This document shows, one piece after another, positions 37,447-47,375 of a stretch of DNA of 64,000 bases. Under the pieces are notes generated by a model that did not search any database, had not been told where the DNA came from, and saw only the letters and a program-made list of their open reading frames with translations. A program made the position numbers and the translations under genes. Origin of the DNA: Patescibacteria group bacterium (GTDB taxonomy: Bacteria; Patescibacteriota; Microgenomatia; UBA8517). The stretch's first letter is position 1, and every line of letters begins with the position of its first letter. Location of the stretch: NCBI GenBank assembly GCA_018823885.1, contig JAHJHG010000009.1:783-64782 (forward strand), in the 5' to 3' direction.

Positions 37447-39231
37447 CTAAATAACTGGACCGGTACCCCTTAAGAAAATCGCTTGCCAGGGGCGGTAATT
37501 AGAATAGAATGTTTTCTCATATATTGTTTCTCCGCCTCTTTGAACTTTGTAAGTAAATCTACTTTTGGCTCCCCATGCTTTCCAGTCTATTTGCTTTATT
37601 GTTCCCTCTGGAAGAGTTGGGTCGTCGGTATAAAGATCTTCTGGTGGGGGAGTAACGTCTGTAGTGATGGGTTTGGTTGTTGTAGCGACTCTTCCGTCAG
37701 AAGTTCCGTAAATTTCAAAAACCAAACTCGCTGCCGCCGTATTTGTGTAAGTTTGAATAAGCAAGTGCCCTGGAGTATCGTTTTTGAACTTGAGGTCTGT
37801 GGTTGGACTATAGACAGTTGCATCAAATCCGACAGCGGAGTCTTGCTCATAATAACCAACCCGATATGCATGAGCCCTTCGTTCAATTACAGGGAGTCCG
37901 GCATCAAGTATGGCTCTGAAAAAAGTTGTTGAGACTTGGCAAACACCGCCACCATCACCTAACACCGTTTTACCATCTTTAATTATGTATGCTTGTTGGT
38001 AGCCGGTATACAAAGACACATCCCCCAATGTGTTATTAAAAGAAACGGTTTCACCCGGAGAAATAAGAACACCATTAAACTTTGAAGCGGCAAGAGAAAG
38101 ATTGTGAATTCTTGAAGAAATAGACCCCCGATAGCGGGAGGATCCTCTGCCGATAAGTTCTTTTATTCCAAGATTATTGACATCTCCAGTTTTTACGTCG
38201 GGCGCTGTTGTTTCGTAAGGAATTTCAAAAGAGACGGTTTTATTTTCAGTGGTCTCAAGAGTTCTTAAGTTTCCTGTAACCATGTTGACGAGAGAGTCTA
38301 TCTTTAAACTAACACCGTCCTTGGCCGGAGAGAATTCATTTACCCTTCCGCCATCGAAAACAAAAGTAGAGTTTTGAGGTTCGCGGTTAATACTGGAGGC
38401 AAGATCGGTGACGAGACTGAGAATTTCTTCCTCACTGTATTCACCTTTTGGGTCTAAGAGCGCAAAGACATCATCGTTCTTATATGTATAAGTTTGATAC
38501 TCGAAAGTTAAATAAAGACTCTTGTTAATGAGATTTTCTGCTCGTGCTCTAAAGCCCTCAACTTCTTCGTCTGTTAGGGTCGGATCAACATTTACTAGCG
38601 GGAGAGGAACTGGGGAAGTTTTAGAAAAAGCCAGAGTTTGACCAATTTCACTCCGAAGCGATTCTATATCAACCGCCTGACCTTTAACTCCTTTTTCTAC
38701 GACAACGAGGTTATTAACTAGCTTTGCCGAAGGGTAGATTGGCTCAACAGAAGCTTGCTCTGCAATAATTGAAAGAGACTCAAACAATTGGTCTTCATTT
38801 AGAGATAATCTTAAGCCTAAGTTGGCTGTTTTGAATGGTAGAACTAGTTTTTGCCATATGTCGTAAGCAAAGTTTCCTGTTTTATCCAATGTATATGCAG
38901 CTTGTGCTGATTTTTGAAAATCGTAGGAAAAATCAATTATTTCAAGTTCGATATCAAAAACCTGTTCGTTGCTAGTGAGGGAGATTTTTTCTGGAGAAGT
39001 AATCGTTGTTGAAAGAAGTTCTATTGCTTCTTCTGGTGTTTTGCCTCCCAGGGATATTCCAGCGACCATAACTCCTGGGGAAATTCTACCTAACAACAGG
39101 ATAAAGTAGAAAATATTTAAAAAGAAGACAGACAAAAACACCTTGAACCAGATATTAAAAGTTTTGTCTTTTCTTAAATTATCTAGCTTAATTTTTATTT
39201 TTTTCTTAAATTCCTTGTTGAACATCCTCAC
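37447..39231 (-). CDS. VanW family protein with peptidoglycan-binding repeats
   Basis: R.HNL.LA, GGGVCQVSTT, ERRAH, DATV...DLKFKN; start uncertain. Confidence 0.85.
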   Translation of the reverse strand: MRMFNKEFKKKIKIKLDNLRKDKTFNIWFKVFLSVFFLNIFYFILLLGRISPGVMVAGISLGGKTPEEAIELLSTTITSPEKISLTSNEQVFDIELEIIDFSYDFQKSAQAAYTLDKTGNFAYDIWQKLVLPFKTANLGLRLSLNEDQLFESLSIIAEQASVEPIYPSAKLVNNLVVVEKGVKGQAVDIESLRSEIGQTLAFSKTSPVPLPLVNVDPTLTDEEVEGFRARAENLINKSLYLTFEYQTYTYKNDDVFALLDPKGEYSEEEILSLVTDLASSINREPQNSTFVFDGGRVNEFSPAKDGVSLKIDSLVNMVTGNLRTLETTENKTVSFEIPYETTAPDVKTGDVNNLGIKELIGRGSSRYRGSISSRIHNLSLAASKFNGVLISPGETVSFNNTLGDVSLYTGYQQAYIIKDGKTVLGDGGGVCQVSTTFFRAILDAGLPVIERRAHAYRVGYYEQDSAVGFDATVYSPTTDLKFKNDTPGHLLIQTYTNTAAASLVFEIYGTSDGRVATTTKPITTDVTPPPEDLYTDDPTLPEGTIKQIDWKAWGAKSRFTYKVQRGGETIYEKTFYSNYRPWQAIFLRGTGPVI

Positions 39232-39275
39232 AAATAGTATGATAACATCTAGGTAGGATTAAGGGTAAATTTAAT

Positions 39276-40736
39276 ATGTCTGCTCTAGATAATTCCTCAC
39301 CAGCTCAGGTCAATTCAGCACAACCGCAACCTCAAGGAGCGAGTTCGGTGCCAACAGCGCCAGTGGGACTAAGCCCTATTCTTGAGCCCAGTAGTACGAC
39401 GGGGCCCGAAACACCACCGCCACCAAAAAAAGGTTTTCCAAAAATCGTGGCCATACTAGGAGCAGTAATCCTGGTTTTTGTTTTGTTTTTCGTTGTTTGG
39501 AAATTGGTTCTACCAATGTTAAGCAAAAACAAAGAAATAACTCTTACCTGGTGGGGCTTATGGGAAGATTCCTCTGCCGTTGCCCCTCTTATCGCCGAGT
39601 ATGAGCAACAAAACCCAAATATAAAGATTAGTTATGTAAAACAATCACATCAGGACTATAGAGAAAGATTGACCAATGCCTTAGCCCAAGGAAGTGGGCC
39701 GGATATTTTCAGATTTCACAATACTTGGGTGCCCATGTTTAAGGGTGAACTCGATAGTGTACCAGCTTCAGTTATGAGTGCTGCTGAATACGCGGAAAGT
39801 TATTATTCGATAGTCTCGTCCGATTTAACTAATGCCACAGGGCTTGCTGGTATTCCTTTAGGTTATGATGCTTTAACACTTTATATAAATGAGGACATTT
39901 TTGAAGCAGCTGGTAAAAGCGTACCAGCAACATGGGATGACTTGAGACAATTGGCAATAGAGTTAACAACAAAAGATGAACAAGGAACGATAACTCAAGC
40001 GGGGGTTGCTTTGGGGAGAACAGAAAACGTTGACCATTGGCCGGAAATATTAGGACTAATGATGCTCCAAAATGGGGCAAATCCAGCAAAACCAACAGAC
40101 AAGAGGGCCGAAGACGCTTTGACTTATTTCACTATTTTTTCCTCATCAGATGGGGTGTGGGATGAAACTTTGCCCGCCTCAACCGTATCTTTTGCGGCAG
40201 GCAAGCTCGCTATGTATTTTGGTCCGTCATGGCGTGCCTTTGAGATAAGCCAACAGAATCCTGGACTTAGGTTTAAAACAGTACCTTTACCTCAATTACC
40301 CAAAGATACCCCAAGTCAGCCTGATATTTCTTATGCAACTTATTGGGTGGAAGGAGTGTGGACAAGGAGTCCAAATAAAGAGGCTGCATGGGATTTTATG
40401 AAGTTTATTTCAAGCAGCGCTTCTTTAGAAAAAATGTACCAAAATGCTAGCCAAACACGGGCTTTTGGAGAACCTTATCCAAGAACAGATATGGCAGAGC
40501 TACTAACAAGTCATCCTATTATCGGTTCAGTAGTTGCGCAAGCACCTGATGCTCAAAGTTGGTATTTAGCTTCAAGAACTCACGATGGTCCAACAGGGAT
40601 AAATACGCAAGTTATTAAATATTATAAAGATGCAATAAATGCGGTGAATTTAGGAGAACGATCAGATAAAGCGCTAGAGACAGTTACTGCAGGAGTTGCA
40701 CAAGTTCTTTCTCAATACGGACTAATTAGCCAATGA
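39276..40736 (+). CDS. Membrane-anchored sugar-family extracellular solute-binding protein
   Basis: LTWWGLWE, GPDIF, LYINEDIF, P.TWD, F..GKLAMYF. Confidence 0.8.
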   Translation: MSALDNSSPAQVNSAQPQPQGASSVPTAPVGLSPILEPSSTTGPETPPPPKKGFPKIVAILGAVILVFVLFFVVWKLVLPMLSKNKEITLTWWGLWEDSSAVAPLIAEYEQQNPNIKISYVKQSHQDYRERLTNALAQGSGPDIFRFHNTWVPMFKGELDSVPASVMSAAEYAESYYSIVSSDLTNATGLAGIPLGYDALTLYINEDIFEAAGKSVPATWDDLRQLAIELTTKDEQGTITQAGVALGRTENVDHWPEILGLMMLQNGANPAKPTDKRAEDALTYFTIFSSSDGVWDETLPASTVSFAAGKLAMYFGPSWRAFEISQQNPGLRFKTVPLPQLPKDTPSQPDISYATYWVEGVWTRSPNKEAAWDFMKFISSSASLEKMYQNASQTRAFGEPYPRTDMAELLTSHPIIGSVVAQAPDAQSWYLASRTHDGPTGINTQVIKYYKDAINAVNLGERSDKALETVTAGVAQVLSQYGLISQ

Positions 40737-41629
40737 GCTTAATTACAGAAACCAATAGAAGTAAAGATAAACACGCCATATCTCCCCAAATGATACTTTT
40801 GGGAGAGAAAGAGATATCTAGCCTTATTTATCATGATATTTTCGATTATCCGCTAACTCCACTAGAACTTATTAATTGGACGGCTGGAGAAAAAATATAT
40901 TTTAAGAATCTCGAAAACGTAAAAATATCAACCAAAAATGGTTTTCTCTTTCTTAGTGGTAAGGAAGGGTCTACCTTGAAACGTTTAATGAGAGAAAGAA
41001 TTTCAAAAAGAAAGATTGAGAAAGCAAAAAAAGCTGCCAAGATACTATCTTTCTTGCCAACAATAAAGATGATTGCTATCACTGGTGCTTTGGCAATGAA
41101 AAATGTGAATGAAGAATCCGATATTGATTTTCTAGTGATAACCAAAAAGGGGAGCCTTTGGACAACAAGGCTTCTTGCTATGGCATTATTGAAAATATTC
41201 GGGGTTCCCAGGAGGAGATATGGAGACAAGAGAACAAAAGACAAACTTTGTTTAAACATCTGGCTTGATGAGAGTGATTTGGTCTGGAGTAACAATAGTA
41301 GAGATATCTTTACCTCTCACGAGATATCTCAAATAATTCCCTTAATAAACAAAGACCAGGCTTATGAGAGGTTTCTCTCGAAAAATATCTGGATCACCGA
41401 TTATTGGCCTAACGCTACGAGTGCAAGGGTTGGAAAAGAAAAAAAAAGAAGTAAAACAAAAAAAAGAGGGGTTGCATTAAGGTTTGTGGAATTTTTGGCT
41501 AGGAAAGCTCAATATCGGTATATGAAAGATAAAATTACACGCGAGACGGTTACTCCCACTCGCGCCCTTTTCCATCCAGTAGATTGGGCAAGTCTTATTT
41601 CTTCAAAGCTGGAGTTGTATAAAAGTTGA
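40733..41629 (+). CDS. Nucleotidyltransferase-domain protein
   Basis: ITGALAM......SDIDFLVIT (Pol-beta superfamily DxD). Confidence 0.65.
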   Translation: MSLITETNRSKDKHAISPQMILLGEKEISSLIYHDIFDYPLTPLELINWTAGEKIYFKNLENVKISTKNGFLFLSGKEGSTLKRLMRERISKRKIEKAKKAAKILSFLPTIKMIAITGALAMKNVNEESDIDFLVITKKGSLWTTRLLAMALLKIFGVPRRRYGDKRTKDKLCLNIWLDESDLVWSNNSRDIFTSHEISQIIPLINKDQAYERFLSKNIWITDYWPNATSARVGKEKKRSKTKKRGVALRFVEFLARKAQYRYMKDKITRETVTPTRALFHPVDWASLISSKLELYKS

Positions 41630-41656
41630 AATTTACTCTCAAAAACCAATTAGGTC

Positions 41657-41711
41657 TTGACAAGGCGAGGAGTACTTTACTAAAATAGCACTCGCTGTTA
41701 GGAATTGCTAA
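41657..41711 (+). promoter_or_regulatory. sigma70-type promoter plus CIRCE (HrcA operator) of groES-groEL
   Basis: TTGACA(41657)-18-TAAAAT; ATAGCACTC-N9-AATTGCTAA at 41685-41711 vs consensus TTAGCACTC-N9-GAGTGCTAA. Confidence 0.8.
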
Positions 41712-41731
41712 CAGTTTTTATATTTAGACAT

Positions 41732-42052
41732 ATGGGCGCAAAAATTAAAGCAGCAATAAAAAGCGACATTAAACCTACGGCAGGCCACATCCTCGTTGAG
41801 CCGGTGGAAGCCGAGAAAAAAACCGCCTCCGGGATATATCTTCCTGATTCTTCTGAAGAAAAGCCAATGAAGGGAAAAGTTTTAGCAGTAGGCCCCGATG
41901 AGGTAATGGAAAATGGCACAAAGAAAAAATCTCCCGTAAAAGTAGGCGATTATATTATTTATAAAAAGTGGGGGGGTAGTGAGGTCAAAATTGATGGTCA
42001 AGAATATCTTTTTGCGAAATTTGAAGATATATTGGCGATTCTAAAAAAATAA
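41732..42052 (+). CDS. groES: Co-chaperonin GroES
   Basis: [10 protein letters not shown]...EKP..GKVLAVG, EDILA. Confidence 0.95.
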   Translation: MGAKIKAAIKSDIKPTAGHILVEPVEAEKKTASGIYLPDSSEEKPMKGKVLAVGPDEVMENGTKKKSPVKVGDYIIYKKWGGSEVKIDGQEYLFAKFEDILAILKK

Positions 42053-42053
42053 C

Positions 42054-43682
42054 ATGGCAAAACAATTAAAATTTGCTGAAGAAGCAAGACAAGCACTATT
42101 GGCAGGTATTGATATTGTTGCCAAGGCTGTCGTCACAACCCTTGGGCCAAAAGGGAGAAATATTGCCTTAGATAAGAAATGGGGAGCCCCAAATGTTGTT
42201 CATGACGGTGTAACGGTTGCGAAAGAAATAGAGCTGAAAGATCCGTTTGAGAATATGGGAGCACAACTTGTTAAAGAGGCAGCGGATAAGACAAATGATG
42301 TAGCAGGAGATGGAACAACCACAGCTACTCTTTTGGCCCGAGAGATGAGCGCCGCTGGAATGAAATATATTACCGCTGGTGCAAACCCAATGATTGTCAA
42401 GAAGGGGATGGAAAAAGCAGTAGAAACAGCCATAAAAGAACTAAAAAAGATAGCTAAGCCTATTAAGAATAAAGAGGAAATTTCCCAGGTTGCAATAATT
42501 TCGGCTGGGGACGAGAAAATCGGTCGCAAAATCGCTGAAGCTCTTGGTGAAAGAGATAGAGTGGTAACAGTTGAAGAGGGAAGAGGTTTCGAGATCGAAA
42601 TAGAATACAAAGAAGGGATGGAGTTTGATAAGGGGTATTTGTCTCCTTATTTTGTAACAAATCCTGAGAAAATGGAGGCCGAAATCGAGAAGGCGCACAT
42701 TCTTCTTACCGATAAAAAAATATCGTCTGTTCAAGAACTTCTTCCTTTCTTAGAGAAATTGGTTAAAGTAAATAAAAATATAGTTATTATTGCCGATGAT
42801 ATTGAGGGCGAAGCGCTAGCAACGTTAGTGGTTAACAAAATAAAGGGAACATTTAACATGTTGGCTATCAAAGCGCCTGGATTTGGCGATAGCAGAAAAG
42901 AAATACTCGAGGATATTGCCATACTTACTGGTGGAACAGTCATTAGCGAAGAAGCCGGTCGTACTTTTGAGTCAGTCGAGATTGAAGACTTGGGGCAAGC
43001 AGATAAAGTATGGGCAGATAAAGAAAGCGCAAGGATTATCGGTGGAAAAGGCGGTGCAAAAGCAATAAAAGAGAGAGTAATTTCATTAAGATCGCAGATA
43101 GAGGAGTCAGAGTCAGATTTTGACAAAGAAAAACTAGAAGAGCGCTTGGCAAAGCTTACGGGAGGAGTTGCTCAAATTAATGTTGGGGCGGCTACAGAGG
43201 TTGAGCTTAATGAGAAAAAAGAAAGAGTTAAAGATGCAGTTGGGGCTACAAAAGCAGCCATTGAAGAAGGAATATTGCCAGGTGGAGGAGTGGCCTATCT
43301 TCGAGCAAGAAAATCACTTTCCAATATAAAAACAGAAAATGACGATGAAAAAGTTGGAGTTGATATTGTTTATCATGCTCTTGAGCAACCGGTCCGCTGG
43401 CTTGCCAAAAACGCAGGTGAAGATGATGGTTACGTTCTAAAGAAAATTGAGGAACAAAAAGACAGCGACTATGGATACAATGCTCTCACCAACAAGTTTG
43501 AATTAATGACAAAGAATGGTATCTTGGATCCTCTTAAAGTAACTCGTTCAGCTCTTCAAAACGCAGCCTCAGTGGCCATGATGGTCTTGACAACAGAAGG
43601 ATTAATAACGGATATCCCAGAAGAAGAAAAATCTCCGGTTGGTGGACCCCAGCAGCCTCCTGGTATGGGAATGGGATATTAA
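42054..43682 (+). CDS. groEL: Chaperonin GroEL
   Basis: [31 protein letters not shown] tail. Confidence 0.97.
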   Translation: MAKQLKFAEEARQALLAGIDIVAKAVVTTLGPKGRNIALDKKWGAPNVVHDGVTVAKEIELKDPFENMGAQLVKEAADKTNDVAGDGTTTATLLAREMSAAGMKYITAGANPMIVKKGMEKAVETAIKELKKIAKPIKNKEEISQVAIISAGDEKIGRKIAEALGERDRVVTVEEGRGFEIEIEYKEGMEFDKGYLSPYFVTNPEKMEAEIEKAHILLTDKKISSVQELLPFLEKLVKVNKNIVIIADDIEGEALATLVVNKIKGTFNMLAIKAPGFGDSRKEILEDIAILTGGTVISEEAGRTFESVEIEDLGQADKVWADKESARIIGGKGGAKAIKERVISLRSQIEESESDFDKEKLEERLAKLTGGVAQINVGAATEVELNEKKERVKDAVGATKAAIEEGILPGGGVAYLRARKSLSNIKTENDDEKVGVDIVYHALEQPVRWLAKNAGEDDGYVLKKIEEQKDSDYGYNALTNKFELMTKNGILDPLKVTRSALQNAASVAMMVLTTEGLITDIPEEEKSPVGGPQQPPGMGMGY

Positions 43683-43757
43683 AATAAGAGATATTTAGAA
43701 TTATTAACCTCAGTTAGTGGCTTATCTATTTTCGGTATATAATTCACCCAATTATAT

Positions 43758-44129
43758 ATGTCACACATTGAAAGAAAAGATTTGATTGGGCTACTACCAG
43801 AAGAGTGGCGTCGGTATGTGGTTTCAATTCATAGGGCAGCAAGAGAAATATTGCCCTTATTAGGAAAAGATCCAAGTAATGAAAATATTATCTCATTTAT
43901 TGAGGATGCGAGAATATCATATGTTAAAAACATATTTTTGGCAGAAGAAGCGGCAAAGATAAGATGCAGGGAAGAATTGGAATTAGAAGAAAAATACAAA
44001 GAAATTAATTTATCAAAAAAACAAATAGAGAATAGAGTAAAAAAGGAGATTGAAGAAAGATATAAAGAAATTGATATTGATCCTGAAAGAAACTGCTCCT
44101 TTTTAGATGAATTTCTTTTTATAGAATAA
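43758..44129 (+). CDS. Hypothetical protein
   Basis: AT-rich ORF with charged coiled-coil; no motif. Confidence 0.5.
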   Translation: MSHIERKDLIGLLPEEWRRYVVSIHRAAREILPLLGKDPSNENIISFIEDARISYVKNIFLAEEAAKIRCREELELEEKYKEINLSKKQIENRVKKEIEERYKEIDIDPERNCSFLDEFLFIE

Positions 44130-44168
44130 ACATTGTCTTTTTTGTCTTTCAAGCTTAGAATCAACGTT

Positions 44169-44696
44169 ATGACAGCTTCTGAGTTTAAAGAAAGAAACCC
44201 GACAGAAATCCAACAAGCAACTCTTGTTTTCTTAATAAGAGGAAGAGGAAAAGATAAAGAAATACTTCTTGCTATGAAGAAGAGGGGTTTTGGTGAAGGC
44301 TGGTGGAATGGAATAGGGGGAAAGATTGAACCAGGGGAGACTCCAACGCTGGCCGCATTTAGAGAAGGATTTGAGGAAGCGGGAGTACATTTAAGCGAGA
44401 TAAGAAAAGTAGCATTGCTTCACTTTTATTTCCCTGAAGATCCTGACAAACGGGATTGGAATCAAGATGTACATGTTTATATTGCAACTAACTGGCTAGG
44501 GGAGCCAAAAGAAACAGAAGAAATGAAGCCTAAATGGTTTAGAGTTGCTAATATTCCGTATGAGAATATGTGGGACGGTGACCCGCTTTGGCTTTCCCGA
44601 ATCCTTCAAGAGGAGAAAATAGAAGCGTGGTTTAACTTTGATGACAGAAATAAAGTTTTAGATTACAAAATAGGAAAATTTAGTGAGGAAGAATAG
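44169..44696 (+). CDS. NUDIX hydrolase (MTH1/8-oxo-dGTPase-like)
   Basis: KKRGFG.G.WNG.GGKIEPGET...A.RE..EEAG, ETEEM.P.WF, MW..D. Confidence 0.88.
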   Translation: MTASEFKERNPTEIQQATLVFLIRGRGKDKEILLAMKKRGFGEGWWNGIGGKIEPGETPTLAAFREGFEEAGVHLSEIRKVALLHFYFPEDPDKRDWNQDVHVYIATNWLGEPKETEEMKPKWFRVANIPYENMWDGDPLWLSRILQEEKIEAWFNFDDRNKVLDYKIGKFSEEE

Positions 44697-45327
44697 AAAG
44701 AGGATTAATTGCTCTTCCATGATCACGAACTTCCAAATGTAAATGGTCCCCAAAAGAGCGTCCTGTAGCACCCATTTCACCCAACTTTGTGTCCATGGTA
44801 ACTTCTTGTCCCTCTTTAGCCTCGATTTCAGAAAGATGAGCATAGAGAGAAGTGATCCCGTTTCCGTGGTTAATTATCACAGCGTTTCCATAGGCGAAGC
44901 GTGAATAAGAAACATCTTCAATGACACCAGTCATAATAGGGTAAATAGCTTCACCAGTAAGGCCGTCGAAATCAATTCCTGGGTGATAAAGCTTGTAGGT
45001 TTGTGTTATCAAGATTTCCTTAACAGGGTATTGAATTCCATGCTCAGTCGTGAGTGGCGTAGTTTCTTGAGTAATAATTGATAAATCAGGCTCTGTATCA
45101 AAATTTGCCGCTACAGGCATAAAAGAGCTGACAAGGATCATAATTGCGAGGTTGGTTCCTAAGATTCTCTTTATTTTTTCGTGCTCAAATATGTGCCTGA
45201 AGTAGCGTGAAATTTTACTTCCTTTTCTGGCACGCAAAATCCCGCCCAGGTCAGGAATTAGTGGGGTTTTATTTGAAGATTTTCGCCCTTTTACGAAACG
45301 TAAATCAAGGCGGCGCCCTTTAGGCAT
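44680..45327 (-). CDS. M23 family metallopeptidase
   Basis: HPGID, YGN, YAHL, GATGRS.G.HLHLE; start MPKGRR inferred. Confidence 0.9.
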   Translation of the reverse strand: MPKGRRLDLRFVKGRKSSNKTPLIPDLGGILRARKGSKISRYFRHIFEHEKIKRILGTNLAIMILVSSFMPVAANFDTEPDLSIITQETTPLTTEHGIQYPVKEILITQTYKLYHPGIDFDGLTGEAIYPIMTGVIEDVSYSRFAYGNAVIINHGNGITSLYAHLSEIEAKEGQEVTMDTKLGEMGATGRSFGDHLHLEVRDHGRAINPLSILPH

Positions 45328-45476
45328 ATTTATAGATAGTCGTATCATATTGTTCCGACTAACGTGCGGAACAGACGTTACTATCAAAAAACCAGAGCTG
45401 TAGCCCTGGGCATAAAAAAATCTCGCCTGAAATTGCGAGATGTCGCTATTTTAGCCTATGAAATCCTAAAAATCAA
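45328..45476 (-). promoter_or_regulatory. Promoter and structured 5' leader of the M23 gene
   Basis: TTGATT(45476-45471)-17-TAAAAT(45453-45448), then two hairpin+U-tract elements and a third stem-loop before the ATG. Confidence 0.5.
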
Positions 45477-45503
45477 GTTTTGAGGTTTAGAAAGAGACCC
45501 GTT

Positions 45504-46169
45504 TTAAATTTCAGATAAATATACAGCTTTTCTTTTTAGTGAAATTATGTGGTTCGGGTAATACATGTATCTCAGTAGTTTATAAGTGTCTTTTTGCCCA
45601 TAACCAAGTTTATATTGGTGTGGACCATATTGTCCTATTGCTCTTTTAGCCAAAATTAGCTTTTCAGTCAATATTTGTCTTAGCGCTACTAAGAATAGTT
45701 TACTTCCGCTAGTAAAGTTGCTTCTTGTCTCAGTGTATAGCTTTCCATTTTTGCTTGCCCGATAAGTAATATTATGAACACTGCCGTCTCCGTCGAAAAA
45801 GCCTCTGATAAAATCATGGAGATATTTATTGGGCACATATGGGAATTTGAGAGTCGTTGAGTTACTTCTTGTGCCGCCCAATTTTTTTAAGTCATGATAA
45901 AGCTTTTTGGAGTGGAGAGTAAGGTAATGTGAGCCTTGAAGCACTCCATTGTTAAAAAATCTATATATTTTAGCATTTGAACCAGCCACCTGTTTTATAA
46001 GCTCGAGGTGTTTATAGTCTTTGGAGGAAAAGCTTACTCGATAAGATCGTTCATGCTTCATGTCTCCATCTGCAAACCAAAAGCCAAGAACATATGCCAT
46101 TTTTGGAGACCAGGCAGAGAAGAAGCTTTCATTTAAGGTATATTTTCTGGAGTGATGAGGAAGGGTCAT
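45504..46169 (-). CDS. Free-standing double-motif LAGLIDADG endonuclease
   Basis: AYVLGFWFADG and DFIRGFFDGDG motifs; own promoter TTAACT-17-TATAAT 5 nt before the ATG. Confidence 0.88.
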   Translation of the reverse strand: MTLPHHSRKYTLNESFFSAWSPKMAYVLGFWFADGDMKHERSYRVSFSSKDYKHLELIKQVAGSNAKIYRFFNNGVLQGSHYLTLHSKKLYHDLKKLGGTRSNSTTLKFPYVPNKYLHDFIRGFFDGDGSVHNITYRASKNGKLYTETRSNFTSGSKLFLVALRQILTEKLILAKRAIGQYGPHQYKLGYGQKDTYKLLRYMYYPNHIISLKRKAVYLSEI

Positions 46170-46218
46170 AAACAATTATAATCCGAAGGAAATGTGAAGT
46201 TAAGGATCAAAGTAAGGG

Positions 46219-46289
46219 AGATCGCGGCGGGATTCGAACCCGCGTAATCTGTTTTGCAGACAGATCTCTAGCCTCTCGAGCACGCGATC
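46219..46289 (-). tRNA. tRNA-Cys(GCA)
   Basis: GATCGCG/CGCGATC acceptor stem, TCTGT-CTGCAAA-ACAGA anticodon arm, GCGGG-TTCGAAT-CCCGC T arm, U discriminator; followed by CCC, so CCA is not fully encoded. Confidence 0.93.
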
Positions 46290-46342
46290 GCGAAGTCTAT
46301 TTTACCTTAAACTACACAGGAAAACAAAACCCTCAGCCTACT

Positions 46343-46369
46343 TTAGCGCTCCGACCTCCTGAGTGCTAA
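46343..46369. promoter_or_regulatory. CIRCE element (orphan)
   Basis: TTAGCGCTC-CGACCTCCT-GAGTGCTAA, one mismatch to consensus. Confidence 0.8.
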
Positions 46370-46464
46370 GTATATAACAGTAGGGGAGTGGGTTGTTAAA
46401 AATTAGGCTTTATGATAAAAAAGGTTGTCACCTGTTTTACATCGTGATAAACTGCTTTCCGCAA

Positions 46465-47364
46465 ATGAAAAAATTAAGAGCAATATCAATTGTTTTAGTC
46501 GTAGCAGGATTTATTCTCGGAATTGTTTTTTTTGTAGTAGGAAGTTTTAAGCCGAAATCAGCAGGTATCACAATCGAGACAGTACCCGCTGCGAGCATTA
46601 TCATTGATGGTGAACAAGTTGGGAGAACCCCTTATAGCGGAACAAGAAAACCTGGAGAAATTACGATAAAACTTATTCCGGAATCTTTCGAAGCCCCCCT
46701 TGCGCCATTTGAAACGAAGGTTACTCTTGTTGCCGGAATAGAAACCATCGTGAAAAGGGAATTCGGCGAATCGGATGAAACATCCTCAGGTGAAATTATC
46801 TCTTTTGAGAAGATAGGTGGAAAAGAAGCCAGCCTTGCTGTGGTTTCAATTCCTGATGCGGCACAAATATCAATTGACGGATCAATCAGAGGATTCGCGC
46901 CTTATAAAACAAGTTCTATTGTTCCTGGTGAACATCAAGTAATAGTTTATGCTCCAGGTTTCTCCGAAAAGAGTTTTTCTTTAAGGACGACCGAGGGATA
47001 CAAATTAACGGCGGTGGTTAAGCTAAAACCGAACGGGGAAGAAGTTTTATCCGATGAAGATGAGACGCCAGAAGAACCAAAACAAGAAGAGGTGGAGATA
47101 TTGTCAACACCAACAGGGTTCTTAAGAGTTAGAAGCGAGCCCTCCACGGCAGGGGAAGAAGTTGCCCAAGTTGAGCCTGGTGAGCGCTATCCTTATTTAG
47201 ACACGGATGAGGATACGGGTTGGTTTAAAATCGAATATGAAGATGGAGAAGAAGGTTGGGTTTCGAACCAATACGCTAAAATAATTGAACCTGGCGTAGA
47301 TAATGAGGAAGAAGAACCTTCACCTACTCCTACCGCCAGTCCTGAACCATCGCCTGCTCCTTAA
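46465..47364 (+). CDS. PEGA-repeat + SH3b domain protein
   Basis: TM, two PEGA repeats (IDGEQVGRTP; SIPDAAQISIDG), LRVRSEPS...GWFKI....GWVS; promoter TTGTCA-17-TAAACT at 46425-46453. Confidence 0.85.
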   Translation: MKKLRAISIVLVVAGFILGIVFFVVGSFKPKSAGITIETVPAASIIIDGEQVGRTPYSGTRKPGEITIKLIPESFEAPLAPFETKVTLVAGIETIVKREFGESDETSSGEIISFEKIGGKEASLAVVSIPDAAQISIDGSIRGFAPYKTSSIVPGEHQVIVYAPGFSEKSFSLRTTEGYKLTAVVKLKPNGEEVLSDEDETPEEPKQEEVEILSTPTGFLRVRSEPSTAGEEVAQVEPGERYPYLDTDEDTGWFKIEYEDGEEGWVSNQYAKIIEPGVDNEEEEPSPTPTASPEPSPAP

Positions 47365-47375
47365 ATAGAAGATTA

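Noticed and set aside
45351-45373. parS-like palindrome TGTTCCG...CGGAACA
   Set aside because: Arm spacing does not fit the 16-bp parS consensus; better explained as an RNA stem-loop.
45480-45503. att-like copy of the tRNA-Cys 3' end after the LAGLIDADG gene
   Set aside because: Only a few matching bases; not significant.
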